Assembly (NCBI GenBank): GCA_964016885.1
Contig: OZ024740.1
Coordinates: 61,008,001-61,072,000 of the forward strand
DNA from: Eledone cirrhosa
Lineage: Eukaryota
DNA length: 64,000 bases
Reading direction: 5' to 3'
The translations under genes and the position numbers were made by a program. Below the pieces are notes generated by a model. The model was not told the origin of the DNA, searched no databases, and saw nothing but the letters and a program-made list of their open reading frames with translations. This document shows positions 25,672 to 39,235 of the stretch, piece by piece (position 1 is the stretch's first letter; every line of letters begins with the position of its first letter).

Positions 25672-28600
25672 TGTACAGCCACCGGAAATAACATCTGTGA
25701 AATATACAGAGCCATCTACCTGTTAGCTAGCTACCTCAACGTGAAACAAAAGAACCCTTAAAACCTACCAGAATAAACGCCTACACACCGGCTAAACATC
25801 AAACGATTATTTCTGTATAAATAGAGTGGTTCCAAACACTTCAGCAGTCGACTTTTGGCAGAGTGAGCTAGCGTATCGTTGTTCCTTGCCTCTGCCACGC
25901 TTTGTCACTCACACACGCCTTCGTATCGTCGCTTCATGTGAAAATAAATAGCTGATCGAATTTACATCTCGCCTTGCTTCGTCCTTTCAACTTGTGCTTT
26001 CGTCTGTCCATCCTCAACAGTTCTTTTAAGGGCTATATACGACAACAGTCCTTTTAAGGGCTATCTTCAGATCTGATCAGACCGTATGCGATAACAGTCC
26101 TTCTAAGGGCTATTCTCGGATCTGATCAGAAGTAGTGACCAGACTGACTAACCACGTCGCTACAATTGGTGACCCGAACGCGCAACCAGACAGCACCTAA
26201 GAAGATACCAACATGGACATGTCGTAACCAACGACAGAGACCGAGATTTCAGAGCTGCGGGCTATGATCAGAGAGCGGGCTGGTCAAATTAAAGCCCTCT
26301 CGAATCAAGTAGAGAACTTGACCTTTCAAACACACCGGCGACGCAGCAACAGTCGATCCAGGCCTTTTCACAGTCGAAGATCCAGAAGTCCCAGTCAAAA
26401 TCATGTGCCTGGCAACCTCTGCTGGTATCACTCAAATTTCGGCGCACGGGCATCTAAGTGCAAAGCCCCGTGCTCTTTCGGGAACACCACCCAGGGCCTA
26501 GCGACGACGTTCACCCCTGGTACTGAAAAGAAAAGTCGTCTATTTTTTTTATTAACGACCAGGCGACAGGCATCCGTTACCTCGTGGATACAAGAGCCCA
26601 GGTTAGTGTTATTCCAGTTTCACTAATCTCGGGCAAAAGACACCCAATACCGTCCTTTCTGCAGGCAGTGAACCGATCGTCAATTCCCACTTTCGGGGAA
26701 AAATCCCTGACCCTCAATTTAGGCCTGAGGTGGCGTTTTCAATGGGTGTTCATCGTGGCAGACCTGCCGACCCCGATCCTAGGAGCCGATTTTCTCCACC
26801 ACTTCAACCTTCTGGTGGATATGAAGAACCGGAGGCTTATTGACACCACCACAAACCTCACTGTGAGAGGTATATTTACCACGCAATCCAGAGTGAGCCC
26901 TGTAATTTGCCAGTCAGAGCCTTCGCGTTACAACGGCATTCTCCAGAAATACCCAGACATCACTCGCCCGGTATTTAAGGATGGTCCGATTAAGCATAGT
27001 GTCACGCACCACATCGAGACAAGAGGACCACCCACAGCTGCCCGACCAAGGAGACTGCCTCCAGACCGATTGAGAATCGCCAAGCAGGAGTTCCAACACA
27101 TGCTAGATCTCGGAATCATTCGCCCTTCCTCCAGCAACTGGTCTGCACCCCTACACCTTGTTCCCAAAAAAAAACGAGAATGATTGGCGACCGTGTGGGG
27201 ATTATCGTGCACTTAACAATTCTACAGTGCCCGATAATTACCCTGTACCTCACCTGCACGATTTTTCTGCCTCTCTGCAAGGCACACGCATCTTTTCCAA
27301 GGTAGATTTGGTGCGTGCATATAACCAGATTACTATGGAGCCTGCAGACATTCCGAAGACCGCAATCACAACACCGTTCGGTTTATTCGAATTCCTGAGA
27401 ATGTCGTTCGGTTTGCGCAACGCTGCACAAACTTTTCAGCGGTTTATTGACACCGTGTTACGCGTCTACCCTTCGTATACGCGTATATTGACGACGTGCT
27501 GGTAGCAAGTACTTCCGAGCATGAACACGAGAAGCACTTAGATCTCCTTTTCCAACGTTTGGCCGAGTACGGTATCATCATCAACCCCAGCAAGTGCCTT
27601 CTCGGCGTTCCTTCACTGTGTTTCTCGGGCACATCATCGATAAAGACGGCATTCGTCCACTTCCCGAGGAAGTAGAATCTATCCGCAGTTTTCCCGCACC
27701 TACATCACTTCGGAAACTGCGTGAATTCCTCGGTCTGGTGAATTTTTATAGGCGGTTTATCCCTCATTGTTCCGACGCAGCCAGACTCCTCACGGACCTT
27801 CTTCGTAACCGGACTCGCAAAAACGAAGAGATCACTCTAAAGGAGAAAGAATTAACATATTTTAACCGCCTGAAGAAATGTTGGCAAACACTTCCATGCT
27901 CGTTTTCCCCAGGTCTGACGCTCCTCTTTCGTTGCTAGTGGACGCATCAGACACGGGGGTTGGAGGCGTTTTACAACAACATGTCGACGGCGTGTGGCAA
28001 CCCTTATCCTTCTTCTCTAAGCGGTTGCAACCGGCAGAAACGAAATACAGTACCTTTGGCCGCGAACTCTTGGCAACCTATCTTTCGGTTAAGCATTTTC
28101 GGCACATGCTCGAAGGATCAGATTTCGTAATCTACACGGACCATAAACCACTAGTTTATGCGTTCCGTACCAAACCTGATAGACATTCACCGAGAGAACT
28201 CCAACACCTGGATTTTGTCTCCCAATATTCAACCGATATTCGGCATATCAAGGGAACAGACAACGTAGCAGCCGACGCCCTGTCCCGAATCCAGCTGAAC
28301 GCAATACATGTGCATTCAGGCATCGACCTTCAACAGATCGCAGCTGACCAAGAGACTGACGAAGAGTTTATCAAGCTCCGAGATTCGCCATCACTCAAGT
28401 TTCAGCATGTTCCGATTCATTCTTCTCCGGGACAAATTTGGTGCGACTTTTCTACCGGTCATGAACGCCCTTACGTACCACAGATGCATCGTCGACAAGT
28501 TTTTTCTGCTTTACACTGCTTGTCTCACCCGGGAATCCGGGCTACACAGAAACTCATCTCTGCTCGTTTTGTGTGGACTAACATTAATAAGGACGTGCGC

Positions 28601-28990
28601 GACTGGTCCAGGAGCTGCATTGCCTGCCAGAAAGCCAAAGTCCACAGACACATCAAAACTCCACTCGGCACATTCGCGCAACCTGATGCACGTTTTCATC
28701 ATGTGCATATCGACATCGTCGGACCTCTACCACCATCACAGAACTACACACACTTGCTCACCTGCATAGATCGATTTTCTCGTTGGCCTGAGGCTTTTCT
28801 CATAAATGATACCTCAGCGGAAACAGTCGCTAAAACTGTTGTTTTACACTGGGTATCACGTTATGGCGCCCCAGCGAAGATAACAACGGACAGAGGACGC
28901 CAATTTAACTCCCACCTCTTCAGGGACTGACTCGCCTGTTAGGATGTAAACACATCCACACGACAGCTTATCACCCGCAAGCTAATGGGA
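25672..28990 (+). mobile_element. Ty3/Gypsy LTR retrotransposon, CsRN1-like clade; gag internally deleted, 3'-truncated
   Basis: 5' LTR ~25672-26164 (TATAAATA ~25816, AATAAA ~25944, ends CTACA). PBS TGGTGACCCG at 26167 (tRNA-Trp-like). Gag CX2HX9CX3C motif CWYHSNFGARASKCKAPC. No 3' LTR. Confidence 0.9.
26575..28990 (+). pseudogene. Gypsy pol (PR-RT-RNaseH-IN), frameshifted and truncated
   Basis: LVDTRAQVS (mutated DTG), [36 protein letters not shown] (HCLSHPG..CIAC), HIDIVGP, TTDRG. Ends at AYHPQANG. Confidence 0.92.
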
Positions 28991-29670
28991 GATTTAGTTA
29001 AAGAATTTGTAGAAGAAAGCATTTATGAAAAGGTTAAATGTATTATTGATAGTCATAATAAAGTTTCGGGGTAGAATATAAAGTTAAGATTGATTAAGCC
29101 CAAATTTAAGAGTACCGTTTGACAGTCAATAACCAGTGGTGTGACGGATTCCCAGCCCACCCAGGGCCCAATGGCGTGTCAACCGTTCCGAGTATTTTCG
29201 TCTACCGAAAGAAAGGGAAATTTATTTTTCCAAGCACTCCAGGAAGGTTAACCGACTCAAGCGCCGAGGGTGCTAGCAGGAAGGCCGTCACCGCCAACTG
29301 ATCACCCGTATACTAAACGATTATTAGTTATTCACACTAGTGAGTGATTTAGTTAAATAACTAGTAGAAGGAGGCATTTATGTAAGAGTTAAATCTACTT
29401 TTGATATTCATGATAAATTTTTAGGGTAGAATTTTAAGTTAGGATTAAAGATTAAGCTTAAAAAGTAAGAGTACTGTTTGGCGGTCAATAACCGGTGACG
29501 CGATGGATTCCAAGCCCATCCAGGGCCCAAGGGCGTAACAACCGTTCCGAGTATTTTCATTTACCGAAAGAAAGGGAAATTTATTTTTCCAACAACTCTA
29601 GGAAGGTTGACCGACTCAAGTGCTGGGCGTGCAAGCGGGAAGGCCGTCATAGCCATCGGATCATCACGTG
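28991..29670. repeat. Diverged ~355-bp tandem repeat, about 2 units
   Basis: GATTTAGTTAAA at 28991 and 29346; shared AACCGTTCCGAGTATTTTC, ACCGAAAGAAAGGGAAATTTATTTTTCCAA and ACCGACTCAAG. Confidence 0.8.
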
Positions 29671-30233
29671 TAGAGTGTTGAACTTGCTCGTACTACTTCC
29701 CCCCCCCCCCCCAGCTCTCCTAGAGCAGAAAAACTTTAGATAGCTTTTGAGGCTACAAGTGTAACAGCTGGGCATTCTGTCGGCCGATTGCACATATCTG
29801 ATTTAAAAGTCAATTGGTGTGATTATCCTTTAATCGATATTTCTGGTCATCAAACAGATTAATGATAAGGATATAGAGGTATATACAATATGTTTAAGTA
29901 TAATAAACATACATGAGTTTCCTCACTATGAATGTTTTAAACTGTGGTCATGTCACACCGGCTACTGAATTAGTTGTGACATGATCACGGCTTAAATCAT
30001 TCATAGCCAGGCTTATATATGTTTACTAGACACCCCGTGACCCGTTGGGTCACATTCACTTCAAAGTATTTTTAAAAAATCATGTTCGCTTAAAAATAAT
30101 TTTTAAATAATCACAATATACGCAGACATGTATATAATGTGAAATGAAACTGGAAGGCCCATATATATATATATGTGTGTGTGTATATGTATATAAATGT
30201 GTATGTGTGTAATCATAGATAAATACATACATA

Positions 30234-32933
30234 TGTAGTGACCTACATTCCGCGGGCTCACATACATTCTCTGTGCGTGATTTGGCTCAGTTCAGCCAAT
30301 CAGCGCCAGTAGAAGAGGATGTATCCCTACGCGCCCTGAGGAAGAAATTCCCCGCGAAGATTTGAAGAATCTCTCTCTTGTACCAGAAACTTCGAGCCAG
30401 CAACACGCATAATGTAACAGTGAGATATTGCACTCCTAGCCTCGCCGGCTTAACGGCGCAATGGCACATTCCCTTTTGTAACCTCTTTTTATCTGTAACT
30501 TCAACCATATAAATAAACATACATTTCATCTCTAATTACTGCTGTTGAAATCATTATTATGTTACTCGTGTCTCAATAACATCTATAATCCATGCTGCTG
30601 GAATTGGCGACCTGACGAAAGGAATATTGTAAATAGATGGTAAATAGATCGAGGGACCTTCCCTCGCGTCTATGTCAACAAGATAATCCAACGAGGATAC
30701 TATCACTTACCACACTGGCAACTAACGACCTTCAATCATCTACCCTGTTAAAGTGGCGACTACTCTATAACCAATACTGCTAAAGTGGTGACCGACGTAA
30801 GAATTTAACGCAGCCCTCCTTTTTCATTCAGTTGAACTTTTATTGCCACGTTGCCAACCTTTTCGCAACTTGCGAAAATAAAAAATATTCCTTGTAAGAT
30901 TTTTGAAAAATTAGCAGTATTTCAAAAACTTTTCGCCACGAAGAAATTTCAAAATGGCTACCGACAACTCCTGTCTACGATCAACAAAGACAGCAGCAGC
31001 AGCGACAACATTGTTTAGCCACTGACCAAAACAGGGAATAGTGAGTGGCAGCTTCATAGCCTTACCGACGCAAACCACCACACATCGGAAATTTCAAAAC
31101 GGCTTGTAACTTTACCGACGCAACCACCATACCTTCTGTCTCGTTACCACAGGGACGCGAGAAATTGAGACAGTAGTTTTCTCACCATTATGGCGTCAGA
31201 CGTGGGTGCCATGTTTGGTGACCGCTACTCTACAGAAGATTCTTTGACTTTGCTTTAACAATAAGCAACACAACCTTATGCCACACAAGATGGCCACGAA
31301 ATCTCACAAAAACACCATACATCTAACCCCTAACGGCATTAGCAAACTTCTTTTTCAGTTTTCAGATAGAACTAGTGTCTGTACACTGGTGATGTGTGAA
31401 CTATTTGACTTTGAAAAACTTTGAACTTATTGAGCAATTTCTCTGCTCCCCTAGACTGACTTTGAATTATCAGTTTGTTACATTCACATATTTCTTTGTA
31501 GAATGCATTTACTTGTTTTGTGCTCTTTTGCTATTTGTTTGCTCATGGTTTTTGTTCATTCACATTCTTTGCTGTTTTACATGCCTGCATATGCACACAT
31601 TTTTTTTATCACACACCAACATGTTGTTCTTGGTATATGTTCTTCAAACGTAATATTCTGCGAGTCCCTTTTCACCTGGTTGAGATGATGTCACATGCTA
31701 GCAGCTCACAGAGCTTAATCCACTGGATACAAACAGGCACCGCAACACGAGAATACTAATTGCAGCTGAACTCAAACAGCTTCGCATCTCGTTGCACACT
31801 GATCGTCCATGACGGCCATCCGTCTTGTTGTTTTTGCCCGACTCGCTGGGAAAGCAACAAATTGAACTGGACTTGTCAATATTTCAGCCACTTCTGTGGA
31901 TTCGCCCGAATTATGGAATTTACACTGCAGCCCACCTACAGATTAAACTTGCCTTTTTTTTCTTTACAAAAAGCAACCAGCCATTTTTTCCTGGCTCCAC
32001 AGCACATTCGACAATACATCTGGGGGCCATCATTTTCTCGCCAGCACTGGTAAACTACCATAATAGCTTCGTTCACAGCTACTGGTGCAACGCTTACCAT
32101 TAACATTTAATGCAAGAACAGCAACTTCGCCCATGTCAGACTTTATCTGTTTTCTGGTAGGCCCTTGAGGGTCTCGTTTAAACTACAAAACAGCTAGTCA
32201 TTTGACAGCGGCTCAACACGGCCCGTCGCGCCTAATTTTTTTTTTGTTCTTGCATGAATCTTTCTGCTCAATTATTTTTTCACTGACGTGCTCTTTCAGC
32301 ATTTGTTCTTGCTGATTCAATAATATGTGGGTCCTTGGTTTCTTCGTTATCGATTTTCGGCTGAAAATCTGGTCGGAGGTGATGTAGTGACCTACATTCC
32401 GCGGGCTCACATACATTCTCTGTGCGTGATTTGGCTCAGTTCAGCCAATCAGCGCCAGTAGAAGAGGATGTATCCCTACGCGCCCTGAGGAAGAAATTCC
32501 CCGCGAAGATTTGAAGAATCTCTCTCTTGTACCAGAAACTTCGAGCCAGCAACACGCATAATGTAACAGTGAGATATTGCACCCCTAGCCTCGCCGGCTT
32601 AACGGCGCAATGGCACATTCCCTTTTGTAACCTCTTTTTATCTGTAACTTCAACCATATAAATAAACATACATTTCATCTCTAATTACTGCTGTTGAAAT
32701 CATTATTATGTTACTCGTGTCTCAATAACATCTATAATCCATGCTGCTGGAATTGGCGACCTGACGAAAGGAATATTGTAAATAGATGGTAAATAGATCG
32801 AGGGACCTTCCCTCGCGTCTATGTCAACAAGATAATCCAACGAGGATACTATCACTTACCACACTGGCAACTAACGACCTTCAATCATCTACCCTGTTAA
32901 AGTGGCGACTACTCTATAACCAATACTGCTAAA
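30234..32933 (+). mobile_element. Young non-autonomous LTR retroelement with non-coding interior
   Basis: 551-bp direct repeats at 30234-30784 and 32383-32933 with one visible mismatch. TG start, PBS-like TGGTGACCG at 30786, purine-rich GGAGGTGA before the 3' LTR, CATA on both flanks. No gag/pol motifs inside. Confidence 0.88.
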
Positions 32934-32945
32934 CATACATACATG

Positions 32946-32976
<31 letters not shown>

Positions 32977-33999
32977 GTGTGTGTGTGTGTATATAGATCA
33001 CAGACACACACACACACATATATATACACATACACTTATAAATATATATACACCACACCTCCAGCTCTCTCTATCCTTCTCTCTCTCTGTTTATGAAGGT
33101 ACTCGGAAAAAGTAATATATAGATATACATATTTAGTAATATATAGATTATACATAAACATATCGTATACACCATTATTATGAATCACGCTGGGGGCGGT
33201 GGATGGGCAGTATCGGTAGAGGGTCGGACGCCATGCTTTGATGCATAGAGTTACGGCCCTTTCCAATCTGAGTTCAAATCTCGCCGAGGTTAACTTTGCC
33301 TTTCATCCTTACATGGTCGATAAAATAAAGTACCAGTAATGCACTGGGTAATTGCTGGCCTTGTGCCTAAAGTAGAAACAGTTATTATGAATCACGTTAT
33401 GTTAGTGATATTGCTAACAAACGAATATAAGAAATTTACATAAATGTGAGAGAAAGTATATTTGATATTGTATTTATTTATTAGCTGCATTTCTGGAATA
33501 ATAACTTCAAGACATTAAGTCACCTATTCATTGGGTTATTTAAAAGTATTGGTGAGTTTGAGTGGGTTTTGTGCAATAGGTGGATTTGTTTCCTGAACCG
33601 GGTTGTGCGTTGTGTTCTTGAGTAAAATACTTCATTTCACGTTGTCCCAGTACACTCGGCTAAAAATGAGTATCAGCAGTAGCTGGGGATTTGGCCACAC
33701 GATGGACTGGCGTCCTATCCTGTGGGGAGTCGTGTACTCTCCGTCTCTTAACGCCAAGGAAACCTGGATAAGCCTCTGCCTAATGAGCCTCCGATCTCGA
33801 GACTGAATAGACTTTTTTGCAATAGAGGAAATCCTTGGCTGAACTTAATTTCAACAGGCTCTTTAACCATTTTTTGCGGGTTTATTATTATTTTTTTTTA
33901 AATGCTGCGAAGTTTATGCATTAATATTACATCTAGCAGAATTGAAACAGTTAATGAATTTTCAGCATAATTCTTTAAGAGGCGGAAATTAAAGATTAT

Positions 34000-34479
34000 A
34001 TTACATTAGACAATTATATATTTTGGGTTTATTTGAAATAGACGGGGAACGCTGTTTCCTCTTCCCGCAAAATTAAGAGAACGCCGTTCCCGTAGCACTA
34101 CACTACTGTGTGTGTGTGTGCACGTATGTATGTCTGTGTGTGCGCGCGTTCGTGCGTATTTGAGTGTGGACTTGTAGTTGTCCAAGATTAACATCAGTTG
34201 CATGCACCTCACCAATCCAAGAGAGCTCCTGATTAAACCAATAAAAGAATTATATTAAACTCGTGTGGAAATAAGTTTCTTGATAGTCAAGCTATATAAC
34301 TTTTGATCGTAAAAATACAGAAGAAAAGAAAAGATAAAGAAATATGAAAACGTGATAATTATTGCACTTCTGAGTATCCATAGTTCTAGTTTTTATTTGC
34401 GACGTGTATTGTATTATTCATTGACTGCTTTGCCCGCTAACTTCAACACTTAATTGGATATTGTCGCACACTGGTGAGT
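34000..34479 (+). promoter_or_regulatory. Putative promoter and non-coding first exon of the C2H2 gene
   Basis: Local CpG enrichment (GGCGGAAA, TTCCCGC, GCGCGCG) and a strong donor CTG|gtgagt at ~34474, followed by a T-rich intron-like region. Linkage to the gene is inferred. Confidence 0.35.
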
Positions 34480-37400
34480 TACTTTACTTTCTCTACGAAA
34501 CAACAACACGTTACTTGATCAATAACATTCCCAACTGTCATTACATATTTTTTTGTAACATTTTGCTGCTAACTTTTTTCTTTGAAGTCCCTGTCTGATT
34601 CCTGGTTTATTGAATAAGTGTATTTGTTTGCTGTTGAGATTTTGGATGATTGATTACATTTCGTATGGAAGAGATTTGTCACCAAGTATTATATGATGAA
34701 ATCTTTAATACGAATGAAGCAGTCAAAAATGTCCTTTTACGCTTGCAACTTTCGAGGAATTTTTATTGTTACTACAAACATCGTTTTTCTTACTTATTAA
34801 ATACAATGTTTATGTTTTTCTATGTAAATAAACTATTATTTCATGGTTTTATATTCACAATTGCTAACTGATAGCATTCGCTTGAGTAGACAACTTTTCT
34901 TAGGCCCACCTCCTACCGTGTCTACATCGACTACTTGTGGTTAATTTAAGCAGAAGCCTAAATAATGATCCCTCACTTTGTAGCTATGAATTTCTGTTTC
35001 TAAAATATCGTCTGTCCGAAGATCGACACTTCACAGTCTAAAAATCACTTATTTATATATAATTAATTCCCTAAGAGAGAGGAGATGCGATGTTATCGGT
35101 GCTTCCTTTTATCAACATTCCTTAAATCAACAGTCATTTAGTGCAAAACATAATTGTTTATTACCATTTGAGTGATGGTCGCATTTGTGGGTGTGTGCTT
35201 TATTGAGCTTTCTATCGATCTTAATGTTAGTTTTTTTGTAGGTGTGTGATTTGCTCTTTCTATCGATCTTAATGTTAGTTTTTTTGTGGGTGTGTGTAGT
35301 ACTTTATTTGCCTTTTTCTAAAGTCGTCCATTTAGTATTGATGCGAGAAGGGGGATGAAGGGAGCCTTCCTTTTGTATTGAAAGGAGTCAGTTTTGGTAG
35401 TCGGACTTCAGATGATGACCGGTATTTCTTGGGACTCATCTTACAAATCTTATTATTGTAGAAATTTATTGGTTAAGTTTCGAATGAATAATACTGCTGG
35501 AATCTGATTTTATAAAAATAAATAGATAAAATGTTCATTCAATATTTATTAAAAGAAAGATCAGCTGTCACCTTACGATCGGCTCTGTTGCTCACGTCTA
35601 GTAAATGTATTTAGTTATCCATATCTACTCTTCAAAATACTTCCGTAGAATCTACTTTACACTCTTACTGTGACCTCAATAAATAGTCCCTTTACTAGTT
35701 AGATCCTACATCCGTTTTCTTTTTTTTTTATTTTATTTCTTTATAGTTGTTTCCTCCTAACATTTATCGACAATCCTATAAAAGATTGCAAGTCACATGA
35801 GAAGAATACTGTATATTGACGACGGCGACCATGTTGCTGCTGGACTGATGCTTTTAGACATATTTTGGTAAGGACAACTCCAAATATCACAGCTTCCTAT
35901 TTATTCACTTGTTTCCCCATTATTTACATTAGTTTTAATTGATAAGACAAATATTTTCTTTATACTATATTTATTAAATTCTTCGATTCTGTTTTATAAT
36001 TTCTTGGTATCTCTGCAAAGATATATTTTTGTTAGCTTAAGACTTTCAGATTTTGATTCTGAAAAATTTCCCCTTATTCTTATAACCACACCAGTTGCTC
36101 TTAAGCGGCGACAGTACTTCTCAACTTCAGATAATATTGGTCGACTCGTGCAATATACTATAGAATAGATTGTTTTTCTGTTTTGTTTTTCAAAATGATT
36201 TTCTCCTCTCTAAAGTTGTTTATTATTATTATTGAATTTTCGTTCTTGTTCAGTAAGATTAATGTATTTAATTAAAATTCATCAATATTTCATTTTATTG
36301 CTAACCGTATGCTCGATACGGTTAGCAATAACACCTAGTGTTCAATTATTGGTTTAACCCAGGCCACAATATTTGTGATACTTGTATAGATTTACTGGAC
36401 AGAATTAGATGGAAGACGGATATGTTCTTTCAGACGGAAAGAATCTTCTAATCGCCACTTTAAACTTTATGTACCATATCCTGTAATAAGCGAGACTGCA
36501 GGCTTATGTTTCACTACACCAGTAGTTATATTATTTTGCAAACCATTTGAAATAGCCTAGATTTCTACTGTCAAAAATTGAAAACAAAGAAAATTAAATG
36601 AGGAGAAATCGAGAAAATTAATTTTCGGATGCAGTAGTATTAATTCCGAAATTTTTCTGAAAACTGGATCGCAAGTTCTGTTAAAAACAAAAATTGCAGT
36701 GTTACAAATATATTTTCAGAATTTTTGTTTGTTTTCCTTTTTTGCTATATATATATATATATATTTACATTTGGTAACAGTGAAATAGTTATTTCAGTAC
36801 ACATGAAAATATGTAGTGAACATTGACCATAAACATTGTACTGCATTCATTAAATAGATTAAGTTCACCTCTGGAAGCAGAGATTAGTGTATTTAGTGCA
36901 ATAGTAATAGCAATGAAATGTATTGCTGTGTGAAAAACAAAAAGGAGAGGAGATTACAGTGTTATGCACATGTGATGTGTATAGAAGTTCTGTATAAAAA
37001 TTTGCATGGCACTCAAAATCAACGGAGACTATGGAAGATGAGGATCTAGGGGAGCTTAGGATTGAAGTGATAAAAGCTGGTCTTGTTCAATTAAACCTCA
37101 CAAAGGAGATGATACAGGCTCAAGACCTCTGGTGTCATGCTGTACTGCAAAAGATCTGCCTTCCCATGTGCACACAATAAAATTAACATGTAGAGAACAC
37201 TAGTCTGCATCAATCGTCTACCCCTCACCAGCTAAATATCCCACGCACCTACTCCATGTCAAACTTGCTTACTTGATGCCCCCACCCCTCACCTCTGATA
37301 CAACCTGCCCGGCCCAACTCATGCATACAAACATGAAAGCTGGACCTGCTCTTCATCTGATTTCCCACAATGCTGTTGCCACAACAAAACAGCACTAAGT

Positions 37401-38689
37401 CTACCCTGTATGCTGATCTGGTACCACAGCAACAAAAGCACCCAGTCCACGCTGTAATGTGGTTGGCATTGGGAAGGGCGTCCAGACATAGAAACTAAGC
37501 TAAAATACAAATCGGTATGAGTGAAACCTTGGTCAACTTACCTGACTTGTCTCATAATGTGACGACCCATCTAACCCATGAATGCATGGAAAAATAAACA
37601 TTAAATGGTGATGATGATAATGATATATATATATGTGTATGTATATATGTGTGTACAAACTCTGAATATATATATTTGTTTTTCTCATTTGGTATACTCA
37701 CACATAGGTGTGTACATACATGACATATAGGTACACAAAAATCAGACACACACACAGAAGAAATTGTAACAACATGCAGACCCATGAAAGCACTTCATCT
37801 GCACACACATAACAGTGCCAATGATAGACCTGGGCTCCTCACCTCGGACCCCACACTGATAATTATTTTTCCTTACTCCTACTTTGTTCTTTCCTGATGA
37901 AAATGTCCAATACATTGAGACATTTATTTTATTTTCCAACAAGTATGAAACTAAAAAGACTATTATAGCATTTAGATGTTCATCTTGTTATTCTTGAACT
38001 ATATATATGTATATATCATCACCATTTAACATCTATTTTCCATGCTTGCATGGGTTAGATGAGTCATCATGTTATGAGACAAGTCAGGTCAGTGACCATG
38101 TCTTGCTCATACAGAACTGTTTCTGGTTTGGTTTCTACAGTTGGATGACCTTACTAATGTCAACTGCATCACAGCACTGACAGGGTGCTTTTTATCATAA
38201 GGCCAAGTTTGAGTTGTTTTATACTTGTTTCATGTTTGATGACCCTGTGAGTAAACAGGAGAAACTCCAAAGTAACAAAACTCAATTTTGCCTTAATAAA
38301 GAAAATATTAATCTTTTCTAGAGTATTGAGTACTCATTCACACAACCATCAATACTAAGTGTATATAACTATATTAAGAGGCTGCTGAAGGAGGAAAATA
38401 AATGGGATAGTGAGGGCCTACCCTAACCAGACCCAAATGAAGGACCAACTATAAAAGTTGATAGCAGAATAGTAGACAAAAGATATGAAGGTAGGGAAGG
38501 CAGCTGAGATATCTGGTATAATCACTGAAAAGTTTTAAAAAGATTACAGAGCTAAAGATTAATTATACTTTGCAGAGCTACAAAATAGGTACCACTCATT
38601 TTAGTTAGAAATGGCATTCTGCTGCTCAAACAATTGATTTGACTATACAAATTTGTCTATATGCTTCAGCTTTGACTTGTTCCTGTGGG

Positions 38690-39235
38690 GGGGTTGGGTC
38701 TTCTGTATTACTGCGTGACGCCAGAGGTCACAGTCGTGTGTCATTGCCCTTGAGAGGTGCAATTGGGTAAGGTCGGCCTTTATCACCTCATCCCATATCT
38801 TCTTGGGTCTCCCCACTCTGCGGCTTCCATCGACTTCTAGTGCTCTGCACCTTTTTATGCAGCTGTCATCCTTCATACTCATCACATGTCCATACCAACG
38901 TAACCTCCTCTCCTGCACACAGCATTTGATTCCTCTTATGCTCAGTCTCTCTCTCAATTCGTTTATACTTTGCCGTTCGCATATATTACTATTACACATC
39001 CATCGGAGCATGCAAGCTTTATTTCTTTCTAATCTGCACAAGTCTTCTACAGACAGCGACTGGGTTTCACTACCATGTAACATTGCTGTTTGTATACATG
39101 CATCATACAGTCTGCCTTTCATTTTGAGGGAAAAGCCTTTTGCAGCTAGCAGTGGCAGTAGCTCCCTGAACTTCTTCCATCCCGTTCTTACCCTAGGTAT
39201 TGTACTTTGAGAACACCCACCTCCGCTGCTATTTG
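38690..39235 (-). mobile_element. RTE-clade LINE 3' fragment
   Basis: KGRLYDAC..TAMLHGSET...MLRWMC...ERRLRWYGHV...GRPKKIW. Confidence 0.9.

Noticed and set aside
30287-30529. Identical 80-aa ORFs at 30287-30529 and 32436-32678
   Set aside because: They lie within the two LTRs on the antisense strand and have no recognisable domain.
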